Part shown: positions 23,364-35,835 of the stretch, piece by piece
How positions within the stretch are numbered: position 1 is the first letter of the stretch
Layout of the letters: each line of letters opens with the position of its first letter
Source: Podarcis bocagei
Taxonomy: Eukaryota
Assembly: GCA_964188305.1 (NCBI GenBank)
Contig: OZ076888.1
Strand: one strand, 5' to 3'
Length of the DNA: 64,000 nucleotides
Notes under the pieces: generated by a model
What the model saw: only the letters and a program-made list of their open reading frames with translations
What the model was told of the DNA's origin: nothing
Database searches by the model: none
Made by a program: the position numbers and the translations under genes

Positions 23364-25584
23364 TATAATAGTGAGAATACACACCTCTTAAATGCCAGGA
23401 GTTCCTCTATTTGGTGGGAGAGCAACTAGGCTAATGTTCCGATGGGTCTCTTTAAAACATCAGTTGGCAGGATGCTGTAGACTTTCATCCAAAACTGAAA
23501 ATCTTCCTTTCTTTGTGTGTCCCTCTAGGCCCATATCATTGTAGCTTTTATGTAAACTGTATTCATATTTATCAGAATTTATGATAAGGAAAACATTTAC
23601 AGTGCCTTCCAAACCCTCAGATAACAGAATTTGTAGACTTGGCCAGTGCAAAGTACATGCTTTCAACAGTTTTGTATAGTAATTTTGTCCGCAGAAAGAG
23701 CTCCACCCTTGATCTTTACCACATGTATTATGAAGAACATGATGAAAAAGAAGGGTCACCTCCAGGGCAAGATTTCTTCAGCATTGCCATATGTGATCAG
23801 CTTCAGTTTCCTGTTTTAGGGGTTTTTTTATAAGGCAGTTGGGCAGCTGCTACAGTCTGTTGGAGGAAGAAAATATAGTGCTTTTCTGCTGTATATTTCA
23901 TACATTTAGCAAAAATATTTTGGTCATGCTGGCTGGGACTGATTGGGAATTGTAGTTCAACAATAGTCCACAAGGTTCTAACCTCTGCTCAAGGGATATC
24001 TTATTGTTTACACCTTGCCAAAATAAATGTCACTATGATCATTGGTTTTGTACAGGCAGAGCATGAAGTTCATAATTTAGACAATTACAGAGTGACTTAA
24101 GACAGGAAAGAATGGCTCAAACATATTTGGAATTCCCAGAGTAAACAAATGTTGAATGAAGTTTTTTATTTGGAAAAAACCACCCTGAATTTAACCTTAG
24201 GGAGACGTCACTGTCATGGACATTGTAAATAAGGCTTTGAAATGTTAAAATGTTGCTAAGCATTGATTAAACATTTATTTACTAACTGTATCGCAAATAA
24301 ATACTTGCATGTTTACGGTATATAATTTACCAGAATTGGATGATAACTTGTGATCTGGTAATTCTGCTCTTCGAGACATCGTGGCATGAACTTTGTGTAA
24401 GAGTGGGTTCATTCAATAAAAAAAATAAAGGGGCATTTAAAGAGCCTTTTATTCCACCCATAAAGATGCTTTGTGCTGTAGCTGCTGTGTATTTGACGGA
24501 CCAATTGGGGAGAGACACAGCCAAAGACTGTTTTGAAGCATATTTCAATGCTCTTATGCTAAAAACTATGCCTTCATCTTTGGTTTAGCAATGTGAATGG
24601 TAAGTTTAAATTTGTGTGAATTATTCTATTTCCTCTACAGGCAGGGTTTCTATCCATGCAAATCTCTTCTCTTGCAAATTGTTTTTTTCCTTCTATATTA
24701 TTGTTCATATTGGGTTCTTGAGGGGATATTAGATCTTACAATTTTGAAGTGTTTGCAGTTAGTCAAGAGTTTCATGTGGTTGGACTTGGAGCAAGTTTTA
24801 ACTTCTAGTATGTAATCCATGCTAATGATTTTCTGCATTTGTGGTAGGTGGACACCTGTACAGATTATGACAGTTTTATGTACAGTAATGAAATATTTGG
24901 GTATTAGGATGGGCTGCCTGTGATAAAATGACCAATTATGGTGTTAACATACATTACATATGTGGAAACAACTTCAGCTTTAGGCACTGAATAGCAATAG
25001 CACCTAGTAATAGCAATGTGGCTATAGCTGCCTCCAGTTAAAAATCTGTGTCTTCAGTTCTGTGTTTTCAACAGTAAATTACGCTATGGTTTCTTCTGAA
25101 TACTAAGGGCATACAAATGATAAATCATTAAATCTAAAGGTATATAGTAAGAAGAAAATGAAGCATGTCTAAAACTAGAAATAGACACAAATTACGGTAA
25201 TCCAGATCTGTAAAGTGAATACTTCTGACTTCTAAGCAGATTCTTCTAAGCAGAATTTTGCCTGAAAATTCTGTTAGGCAGTTGTGCATGGGTTTTGCAC
25301 ACTGGAGTTATAAACTGTCTGGCTGTGATGTGCTATCTTATGACTATACTTCCTGGACAATTGGAAGAACCCTGAGTTCAAAATTTCAGAGGTAATCCCG
25401 AAATCATTTCAGTTGTATACCTCCTTGCTAATTATTTTAGGATAGATACACTGTGCTTCCATAGAGAATTGTGAGCTTCACATATTGAAGATTATGACCC
25501 TGTAATTGTTAACATGGTCCTTTATCCAAAGATGGAAAAGTGGTGAGCTAAGTCTCTGATATTGCCAGAGCTGGATGACTCTAA

Positions 25585-25676
25585 CAGTACAATCATATGC
25601 ATGCCTACCCAAAAATAAGTCCCACTGAGTTCAGTAGAGCTTACTTTCAGATCAGCAGGATTGGATTGCAGCCTAA
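25585..25676. mobile_element. Short palindromic non-autonomous DNA element (Harbinger-like), degraded
   Basis: tacaatc...taagtcccactgagttcagtagagcttac...gattgcagcc imperfect foldback; a related remnant lies near 2000-2060. Confidence 0.45.
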
Positions 25677-27081
25677 GTATCTTTTCAACCTTATAAAAGC
25701 AACATATGCTTAAAATCTTTAGGATCTTTTCTGTTCATCTTCACTTACATTTTGGCAAATTTTATTAAATCTACCTTGTTTCTAGCACACATTTTTTAAT
25801 TTTGATACCTGAAAGTACCTGCATCTCAGTTTTGATACAAAACAAAGCATTGACAATTGATGCTGAAAATTTGCATGTTTTCTTGTGCTCTTTCTACATT
25901 TTAGTCCTATAATCCTATTCCTTGCTTCATTGAATACTGAAAATGACATATATTGACATGACATACAATTCTATGTGATGTCCAGGAAACAGAATGAGAG
26001 ATGAACTTTAGCCTGCCATCCTGCCAGCAAATGTTCATTGTTGTAGAAGCAGAAATTCACTTAATATTAAGGATAGGATAGTATTTAAAAAAACAAAACA
26101 AAAACCAGCTGGATTACGTGTATTGAGGTATTTGATTATGTATGATTGCCAAAGAGGTGCCCAGAATGAAGGGCTTCTGCATAGTTTTTATCAGCTATGA
26201 TCCTGGTATGTGGTGAAATACTCAGTTGACTAATTGTTCCAGGTGACTGCAAATTATTTGCAAGCAGCCAAGCTATTTTGGAATCCTGGGATATATAGGC
26301 TATCAGAACTTTTTCATGTGTCCACATTTTTTGACTATCTTTTGTAGCAGAAAAATCATGGTCACCTGCACCACATTTATTGTAAGAGAGAACCTGTGCA
26401 TCCCTTTCTCTGAAGGCTCATATTCCTGTGAGAAAGGAAGACACAAGGAAGCTTGCCCTTTCAGCTGCAACATTCCAGGTGCTTTGGTTCCCCAGTAGCA
26501 AAGGAAGCTACCCATCTCCTTCTGTCATAGGGAGTTTGATCTTCTGACTTTTGCACAGCCAGGCACCTTAGAAATACAGTGGCCAAACACCTCCAGCCGC
26601 CTTCCAGACTGCTGATCAATTTCTGGGCAATCGGTGGAGAGGGTAAAGTTGCATTCAGTGTCATTGTGTGCTTGTTAAGAGCATTATTGTGATGAGATGG
26701 GATCTCATTGCAAGATAGTGGCAAAAAAATAAATTTTTAAAAATCACCTTTTTAAAAGGAAGGTGGAGGAGAAAGAGAGAAATTGTGTCAATTGTCAGTG
26801 TTTGGACTTGGAGTCCCATTCCTTTTCTAGAACTGAGTGTTTGGCTGAAATCCTGTGATACACAGTGGGAATTCACTTCCTGTCAGGAAATGCTGTTTTC
26901 AGTGTTTTATCTTGTTGAGGCAACCATGAGTTAACAATAGGCTATTAAAGCTTTAAAATAACAAGTGTCATAACTAAGCCAATATTTATTTTGTTCACAG
27001 TACTGTCCTAAAAGAAAGTATTGGCTGGTTTTTAGAATGGGTTAAGTAATTGGCAGTTGTATTGAACTTAGGGTCTGGCTA

Positions 27082-27114
27082 TTTTCTTTTTTTTTTTCTT
27101 TTTTTTTTTTTTTT
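27082..27114. repeat. Poly-T tract
   Basis: About 33 nt of T interrupted by two C. Confidence 0.9.
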
Positions 27115-28213
27115 AGCCAAAAGCATAGTGCTGTACTTAACCTGCAGAGCTTCCTGCCACTGTTTCCTGTAGTAAAAGAGACAAAAATAAATGTACTAGT
27201 TTTAAAGGTACTTCGTATTCAGAATGCTAAAATCACTTCACTTGAAAACTTGGCACTCTAAATGCTTATTGAAGAACCTAAAAATGCAATTCTGAGGTGG
27301 TGTTTTGGGTAATATCTACTATTCCTTAAGGGTATAATTTCTGCCAATTTCAAAGTACAGTATTAAAATTGTATTTTACTGCAATATGCATTTTTCATAG
27401 TTAAACTCTAGCAATTAAACCATTCAGAATGAACATTCAAAACATATAATGTGCCTCCTAACATTACATGATTGCTACCATTTTGTACATATTATAATTT
27501 TTTAAAAAGATAAACCCTGGTGTCAGGTTAGTCCTTTCTCCTTAACCTAATCTTACCTTGGACCATGTCTGGGAAACCTTTTTTTAGGCAGAGGGCCATA
27601 TTTTTTTGTGGCCAACCTTCCAGGGCCATGTGCCAATGGTGGGTGTGGTCAAAACAAAAGTGGGCATAGCCAGCACAGACAATAGGTGGGACCACACCAC
27701 ACCACACTCTCTCTCTGCACACACTGTATATGCAAACAGTACACGTTCGCAGCATGCACACACACTCTACATTTACGCATACACTTGTCATGCACATATA
27801 TGCAGCAAGAAAGGTGAGGGAAGCAAACCTCTGCCCACCTTTTTCAGCTACTGCTTGAAGTTGTAGTTGCAGAAGAGAGCACTTTTGCACTTCTGCTTGG
27901 GCAAAGGAGAGATGGTGACCTCATCCAAAATGTTTTGTGGGCCAGGTTCAGGCTACCAGTTCCCAACTCTGCCTCAGATTTTAGATTTTGATAAGGACTT
28001 GTGTCTCTCTTTTTCTGTTAAACTTTGCTTCATACATGCATTTTCCTTCCTTAATTACTTGTATGTATGAATTAGATAACTTTCATGTTTCATATTTTAT
28101 CATAATATCTGATGTTAACAACAGTGTAATACTTTCCACTGGAGTATTTCCCCAAATACTGCTTCTAGACATTAATTTTTCAATAATAAAGTGGTGTTAA
28201 CTAATACGATGTA

Positions 28214-28454
28214 CAGTGGCATCTCAAGTTACAAATGCCTCAGGTTACAAACGCTTCAGGTTACAAACTCTGCTAACCTGGAAGAGTTACCTCGAGTTGA
28301 GAACTTTGCCCCAGGATGAGAATGGAATTCGTGTGCCGGTGGCCCAATGGCAGCAAGGAGCCCCATTAGCGAAAGCACGCCTCTAGTTAAGAACAGTTTC
28401 AGGTGAAGAACGGACCTCCGGAATGAATTAAGTTTGTAACTAGAGGTACCACTG
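28214..28454. mobile_element. Tc1/mariner (pogo/Tigger-like) MITE
   Basis: TIRs CAGTGGCATCTCAAGTTACAAA / TTTGTAACTAGAGGTACCACTG, TA TSD, repeated GTTACAAA subterminal motif. Confidence 0.88.
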
Positions 28455-28659
28455 TACATGTATATGTGAATTATACCTAGACATATGTCTGAGTAGTATG
28501 CATAATTGTCAATAAGCTCTAGGTTATACCACATAAGTCTCATTCTGCAGGAATTTTGACTATGTGCACTGTGTAGGCATGGATATTAGTGGTAGTGATT
28601 CCAGTGACTTAAGCTGATGTCTTCATCAACTTAGAGTCACTGGGATATTTGTCTGTATG

Positions 28660-28685
28660 CCAGATGGGCAGGGTATAAATAATAA

Positions 28686-28723
<38 letters not shown>
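28660..28723 (+). repeat. (TAT)n microsatellite, probably the tail of a heavily truncated L2
   Basis: gatgggcagggtataaataataaa followed by about 12 TAT units. Confidence 0.7.
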
Positions 28724-28724
<1 letters not shown>

Positions 28725-30206
28725 CACACCAGTTTGCTCAGGACTGCTTGCATAGATGAAAAACATGTATTGTGCAAAGTGACCCTTTGAATACCCTTCT
28801 GTTATTGATCCTAATTCAAAGGCTGTTCAGAACAATCTGTTGCGTTAATTTGCTTGCTATGACTAGCTAGTGACAAAAGTGTTGAAGTTTAAAATCTTTC
28901 TCTTTAAAATCTTTTTTGTTGCTGAGGAAGATGAGTGACTGGCAGGCCTTCACTGTGTTGGACACGATGGAAGTAATTAGAATTTCATTACGTGGCTGGC
29001 ACTGGCTGTTGATCCTCATGGGTTCTCACAAAAGAATTTCTGTTCAGAATCTAACATAGCTAGAAAACTCATATGTTTGCAACCAGTTTCCATAGCAGCT
29101 TTGTAAACTAATGTGAACAGGCAGAAGGCATGATTTCATAATGGCGAAAGTTCTCTGTTCTCTCAGTGTTGCAAAGTTTGTACTTCTGATTCTGCATAAC
29201 ACAGGATTTTTCTCCTCAACTCATAGCCAAGCTCATCATTGGTATGCCTGGGTGGATGAACTGTAATGCAAGAAAAACACGAATATTTTTCAGCTGAGTG
29301 GATAATCATTTTAGTAACTTCCCACACCTTCCTTTCATGAGCCTTAAGTCCATGCCACTATTATCATGCCAAGATAAAAGTTCCTGTTGAGCAACTTCAG
29401 ATGGTAAACAATATGTTTATGATGATCCTGAAAGTTAAGTGATACTTTGTGGACCTTACGTGCAGCAACTTCTGTAATATTTTGCATGCGTTTCAAACTA
29501 TTATCACAGGCTTAAAATCTTGTTTCTCTTCAACTATCAGCAATGCAATAAATTGATTTTCCGAAAAAAGTTAAACCCATGCATACCTGGAGATACTTTA
29601 AAAAGTTCAAAGCTGTTTCATTAGTCTAGACAGAAATCTTTTGTTCACTCGCGGTACCTGAGCCTTTTAATTCATCCCCCCTTTTCAGTGATTGAGTGGT
29701 TATTATTATATCACAGAAGGCTTGAGAGGAAATGGGAATGCAGGGCTGGGAACTGGGGGAAAGGATTTGATAGGCGGCATGCAATTGGAACGGAATGTCA
29801 TGGATGTGAAGATGAGAGAGAGAACAAGAGGTAAGGTGTGCACAAAGCAGCAAATAGAAGATAAGCACAGCCTAGGAAAGAAAGAGTGCAGAAAGCTGGA
29901 GATCAACAGACCACGTGTGAAAGCAACAGGATGCCAAGGAAAGCGGCAACCATGAAAAAAATACTGAAGAGTTGTTTTGTGAAGGCAATTGTAAATCTAC
30001 CGGACTACAAGTTTTCCGTGCTTCCACTGATACAGAGCTGCCAGGATGTTAAACGTTCTGCAGCAAAACTGAAACAGCTAAAATACAACAAAAAGTTATA
30101 TGGTAGCTGCTAGGCTTGGGCACATGATTACTACAGCTCTATTATGTGGTGGCAATGGTAACTTTCAAAGTTTTAAAAAAAAAAGCAAGGGAAGAAGACT
30201 GTCGAA

Positions 30207-30456
30207 CATGGGTAGGCAAACTAAGGCCTGGAGGCCGAATCCGGCCCAATTGCCTTCTAAATCTGGCCTGTGTACAGTCTGGGAATCAGCGTGTTTTTAC
30301 ATGAGTAGAATATATCATTTTATTTAAAATGCATCTCTGGGTTATTTGTGGGGCATAGGAATTCATTCATTCCCCCTCCCCAAATATAGCCCGGCCCCCC
30401 ACAAGGTCTGAGGAACAGTGGACCGGCCCCCTGCTGAAAAAGTTTGCTGACCCTTG
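30207..30456. mobile_element. hAT (Charlie-like) non-autonomous element
   Basis: Ends CATGGGTAGGCAAACT / AGTTTGCTGACCCTTG, internal CGGCCC motifs, approximate TSD ctgtcgaa/ctatagaa. Confidence 0.8.
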
Positions 30457-32794
30457 CTATAGAAGAAGCTCTAGCCTTGGAGACCACAGTATAGGTTGAT
30501 ACTGTCCCTTTGAGACTAGTTATGCCACTCCAACAGAGTGACTACAGCTTGTAGCTGATTAGGGAGTGATACAGCTCAGGGAGGAGTACTTGCAACAGGA
30601 ACCACTCTGTATGTGTGCTGAACATAAAGAATATTGGCCTACCATGCCATGAGAGTCATCATTTGAGAGCCACCCATGCCACATGACAATGACATCACTG
30701 CCAGCAGGAGGCCACAACCAAAAGAAGCAAAAAGAAGCCCTGACAGGGAATTTAGTGGAGGCACTCCAGGAAAGTGCAATGACATCTCTATTCCCTTTCC
30801 CCATGTAAGAAAAAATGAAGCACATCTATCATTTTACCTGATCCCAGGGCAAGGAGGAGCTACAGGCAAGAATTCATAGCCTGTGCATACAGTAATTTTC
30901 ACATTTAACCCTCAGTTTTGTACACACGTGCATGGGTCCTTGTTGAGAGCAGCAGCAGGGCATCCAAAATCACACCTTCACCAGGAACCCTCTGGGTGGG
31001 TCTTCAAAATTGGTGGGATGTGTACCTTTTGAACTAACTTTACCACAGTTGCAGCCTAATCCAAGGCTGAAATGTTGCATACTGCAGTTAAAAAAGTAAA
31101 CAGTTATCGTCTGGACTGTTCTGCAGAATATGGTAACGCTGCTATGGTTTCTGGACCCACTCTATTTCTTCTTGATCACTTTAATCAGTTGATGAGGTGA
31201 TAACAACCCTACCCCATGAAAATTATCTCTGTGTAACGTTTAATCCTAATTGTCTCTAAGAGTCCTGGACAAGCACTTCCTTTTTTCATTTCAACAAATA
31301 TAAAGGAGTTTTGTCTATCTTCTCTCTCTTCAAAAAACCTGATTGTACAATTGGAAACTGGCTCAAAACAAAAGGCTTCTAAAGGATTCTAGAGGCATTC
31401 ACTACGAAATAGTCTTCACCCCTTTTTCAGTCTAGGAGGCAGGCTTTTATGTATTGCATCCAATGAAATATTAGATGAATAAATTAAGATGTAGTGATCT
31501 CTCAGACAATTTATGTTTGCCAAGTGAGATATGAGCAGTTTCCTGGCTCCATACAGATGTTAACCAGTTTAGTGACTTAACTCATATTTACTCTCATTAA
31601 CATTTAAATCTCTTATTTCCATCACTTCATGGACATTTATTTTCAGTGAAGCTAGTAGTCATCCTCCTACATTTATCTGGAAATCAACTTAGAATTGTAA
31701 ACAAAATCAGTATGCTTTGAAATCATGCAGTTTAAATCTAATGAAGATCACTTATACAGTGTAATTGCTCTCAAGTTTGAGCATCAACATTAGACCAGTA
31801 AACATCTTTCAGTAAAAAAGTCCTTCAACAGTTATTCAATTTTGTGGTCATTCCAAGCAAATTACAAAGAGCACAAGCCAATTCTAGGCTTTACATTACT
31901 TCATTGTCCTCAAAAGAATTTTTTTTTCTTAGAAATTTTGTTGTTACTGCCTTGCAACAAATAAACCACAGTTTAAATAAACCTTATGCCTTATGGTTTG
32001 TTTGTGGAACTAGGTCTGTTGTTGGCTTCCTGATCTTACGTGTGGCTTGGTGTTATATGCATAGGCAGGCTTTTCTTTAACTATGGTTTAAGTGTAGTTT
32101 GTTTTATCACCCAACCCACAAAGTAGCGGAGTTGCTAGGCAAGAGCAGCTGGAAATAGAAGCTGCACTTAGCTCTTCTTGCTGGCACTTTTCCTGAAGCT
32201 GATGTCCTGATATAAGTCATACTTGCAGATATTGCAGCACACCTGCTTGGCAAGCACACATACACACCTTCTCTTGCTACTACTTAACAGCATAGGTGGC
32301 GGTCCCTGCAATATACATTATGCTTCCTAGAATCAAAGGATAAATTCACAGTATTGACTGATAGTTTTGGAGGAGGGGGAAGTAAAAAAAAAGAGTGGAT
32401 GCAGAGTGGAGGAGTGGAAGAAAAGGGTTAAATAACTAAAAGCTACAAAGGAGAATGGATGTTGCTTTCTTTGGGGAAGGGTAAAAAGTAGCTGTTTGAG
32501 AGCTGCCCAAGACTCAAAGATAATGATCACATTTCTCTCAGCTGAGCAATGGAAAGGGAAATGACATAATGCCAGCAGTTGGGTGCCACAGAGGCTTAAG
32601 GCAGAGGTTCCTAACCTTTTTGCTATGATGAGACACAAGTTCAAATTTACTTAGTATGGTGACCCATCACTTTATTGTCACATTAATTTTGGTCTTTGGG
32701 TCTTTGGAAACTGTCAGTTTGGTGCATTGTAATGACAATATTACCTATTTATTATCATTACTTGAGGCACCCAAGCAAAAATTTACATAATGAC

Positions 32795-33640
32795 CCTATT
32801 AATGTGAAAGTTACAGTGCTTGCATATTGTAGCAAGAAATCCTGATTTCACATATATGCTAATGAATTCTGAACTGCCAGTGACTGTCCAGGAACGAGAC
32901 CCTGCAGTATTAGTAAATAGTTTAATGAAACTGCCAACCCATTGTGAAGCAGCTGTGAAAAAGGTTGATTCTATGTTTGGAATCATTCAGAAAGAGTCAA
33001 AATAAAACTGCCAGTGTCATAATACCACTATACACATCTATGATGCAACCACACTTTCAACATTGTGTAGTGTTCTGGTAAACTCACCTCAAAAAGAATA
33101 TTCCAGAGCTAGAAAAAAATTCAGAAAAGGGCAACAAAAATGATTAAGGGGTTGGAGCAATTCCCATATGAGGAAAAGTTAAAACATTGGGAGCTTTTTA
33201 ATTTGGAGAAAAGGGAGTAAGCAGTGGGAGGCTAGATAGAGGTTTATAGAATTATTCATGGTGTGGGGAAAATAAATAGCAGTTTTTCTTCCTCTTCTGT
33301 AACGCAAGAGCCAACAAGTAGGGCTAGCCAACAAAACTGCATTTTGGAAGATTCAGGATAGAGTACTTCACACAGTTGCGAAGTTAAACTAAGGAATTCA
33401 CTCCCACAAGATGTCCAAAATGGATGGGTTTTTTAAAAGCATTAGACAGATTCATGGAGGCTGTGTCTATCAGTTGCTACTAGTCACCATGGACATGTTC
33501 TCCCTTCACTGCCAGAAGCAGTATGGGAATCAGAAGTGAGAAGATTGCTGGTGCATTCAGGTCCTTCTTGCTGTCTTCCCATAGATATCTGGTTAGCCAT
33601 TCTAAGAGCAGGATGCCTTTGATATGACCCAGCAGGGGTC
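32795..33640 (+). mobile_element. Old CR1 LINE 3' portion
   Basis: Degenerate ORF2 (LPVTVQERDP..., HCEAAVKKVDSMFGII, cagaaaagggcaacaaaaatgattaaggggttggagc) with stops. Confidence 0.85.
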
Positions 33641-35796
33641 GTCTTGTGATCTTCTACAGAGTTCTGGAGAATTTGAAATCTTGCACACTATTTTGTCACA
33701 CCTTTGTTGACCTAATAAAGGTTTTGCCTAATGCTAATTTTAGAATAATATAAGGCAGTTCCTTCATGCTGGGCTTTAATGTTTTTGGCTAGTTCTTCTC
33801 AAGGTCCTGTCTAAAACTTTGTGAACTTCTGTCTCTGCTACTGATTATCGGTTCAATTTTTCTCACTAGAGCATATGTCTGACCTTCAAGATGGAATAGA
33901 CTGATAATGGGAAGTGCTCACCAGTTGGCACAATTTCAGACAACTTGATAACCTTTTGACTTCTTGATAATATAGCATTGTTGACTTGTAAGAATTAAAG
34001 GTTAGCCTTGATAGAATGTGGACAAAGAGGAGGAGCTGCGATGGCTTGCACTAGGAAAAGGGTTGGGCACATACTACAGCAGTGTGGTGCAAGATCAGTT
34101 GTTCATGTAAACATTTGTAAAATCTACCAGTTGCTGCACGTCTGTCACTTGAGTTGCTCGCCTTCCCAACTTTTGAACCTACACTCAGAGCAAAGAGGCA
34201 GCTGTTTCTCCTCTTGACATTTTTAAGGATGGGCAAAACTGCCATAAATCAAGAATGACTTATGATATGATATGAATACAGTGTGTGATTCCATACTGCT
34301 AAAAGTAATCAGAGAAATCGTGATCTTCAGAGGTATTCACAGTAGAAAGAGAGGTATATGTGCAAAATAAAAGAGAAATTCCTAATTCCTTCACCTAGTA
34401 TTTGCAGTAGTATATCATTTTTGTATCTCAACAACAAATGGAAACTTTTTCTCCTTCTGCATAAGGAAACTTTGGAATGAACCAAAAGAACAAATCTTGG
34501 TTGTGCAAAAGAAGTTGGGAGCCTAGGAGGTGCTGCAAGAGAGGAAATATTTACAAACTTACAAACTCTTGGCACTTAAGAACACTTCGTATGATTAAAA
34601 CCAAATGTATTGTACAATTGTTTCTTTTACGTGTCATGGTTATCTCAGTGGAACCATAGAAACAGTTTACAGCTCATAAAAAGTAAAGAAAATAGTTCCA
34701 TGACTACAAGTTGATCCACAGTGAATACAATAAATTACACACAACTGCCAGCTTATAGTAAATAAAGAATATCCCTGGCCAGTTATGTTGCTTTGTAATG
34801 ATGAGAAATTTCACAATGCTGTCAGATTAGAAATTGGTATATTTTAAAATATCTGTCAAGTACTACAACAATGTGAATATTCCAGTTTTAAGTTCTAAAT
34901 GTTATCAAATATGGTATGCACAAAGTTGGTAACATTCAGAATCACCATGGGGTTTTACCCACTTGCTAAGGAGGGGGCGACCCAGTCCATTCCCCCCCTC
35001 TTTCTTTTCAGCTGATGTTTGCTTTTGTCCAAGCTGAATTAAGTATAGTGAAGATGAGCTAGGTCATGAAAACCAAAAATGAAATTGCCAGTTTCAGTGC
35101 AGCAGTACCTAGACTGCCAAGACTGCAGCAAAATCTTTCAGACCAAGCACAGAAAAATGCTGTCATCTGTGAAAAGCTTTTCAAACCAGTTTTTTTCCTT
35201 CAAAATAAGCATTCTTGAACCTTCAGATGCCTCATATTACTCTCACATCACAGAATTGATTGCTATGTTGTTGTTTGTAAAATAAATTTGAGCTCTTTGC
35301 TGATCTATAGCACTGTCCTCATGATTTTCTCGCCCAGAATGTCTGTGCTAGCCTTGTTGGGGGTGTTAGAAAGGGGTGAAATTATGTCTGATGTTTAAAG
35401 CCATTTTTTTGTTCAGATCAGCAGAAAAAGAGGTAGTGTTTACTTCAGTTCCATATGGTTCCATCTATTTTTACAGATGGCTTTAATGTATTCATAGTGT
35501 TCAAATTTTGTATTGTAATGGTATTTATTTCTTTTTTTGTACACCACTACAATATTTTTGAATTGTGACTGGTTTACAAGTTCTTTAAATAAATGGTAAA
35601 ATAATATATAAATGGATTCCTGTACTTTTGCTCAATCTGTTTGTTTTGTTCTAGGAGAATGTAAATGAACAAATAACCAAAAACACCAGCTAGAGGATCA
35701 AGCACAATAACAGTGTCAGCTCTGAAATAATTCAGTTGGGGGAGTGAATGGGGAGCTTTGTTCCATGACCATACATACCTTTGTTATGAACTCCCT

Positions 35797-35797
35797 A

Positions 35798-35828
<31 letters not shown>

Positions 35829-35835
35829 TTTATTT
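35797..35835. repeat. (ATT)n/(ATTT)n compound microsatellite (antisense L2 tail)
   Basis: Direct reading; followed by cctgcccttcaccttaaggtcc. Confidence 0.7.
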
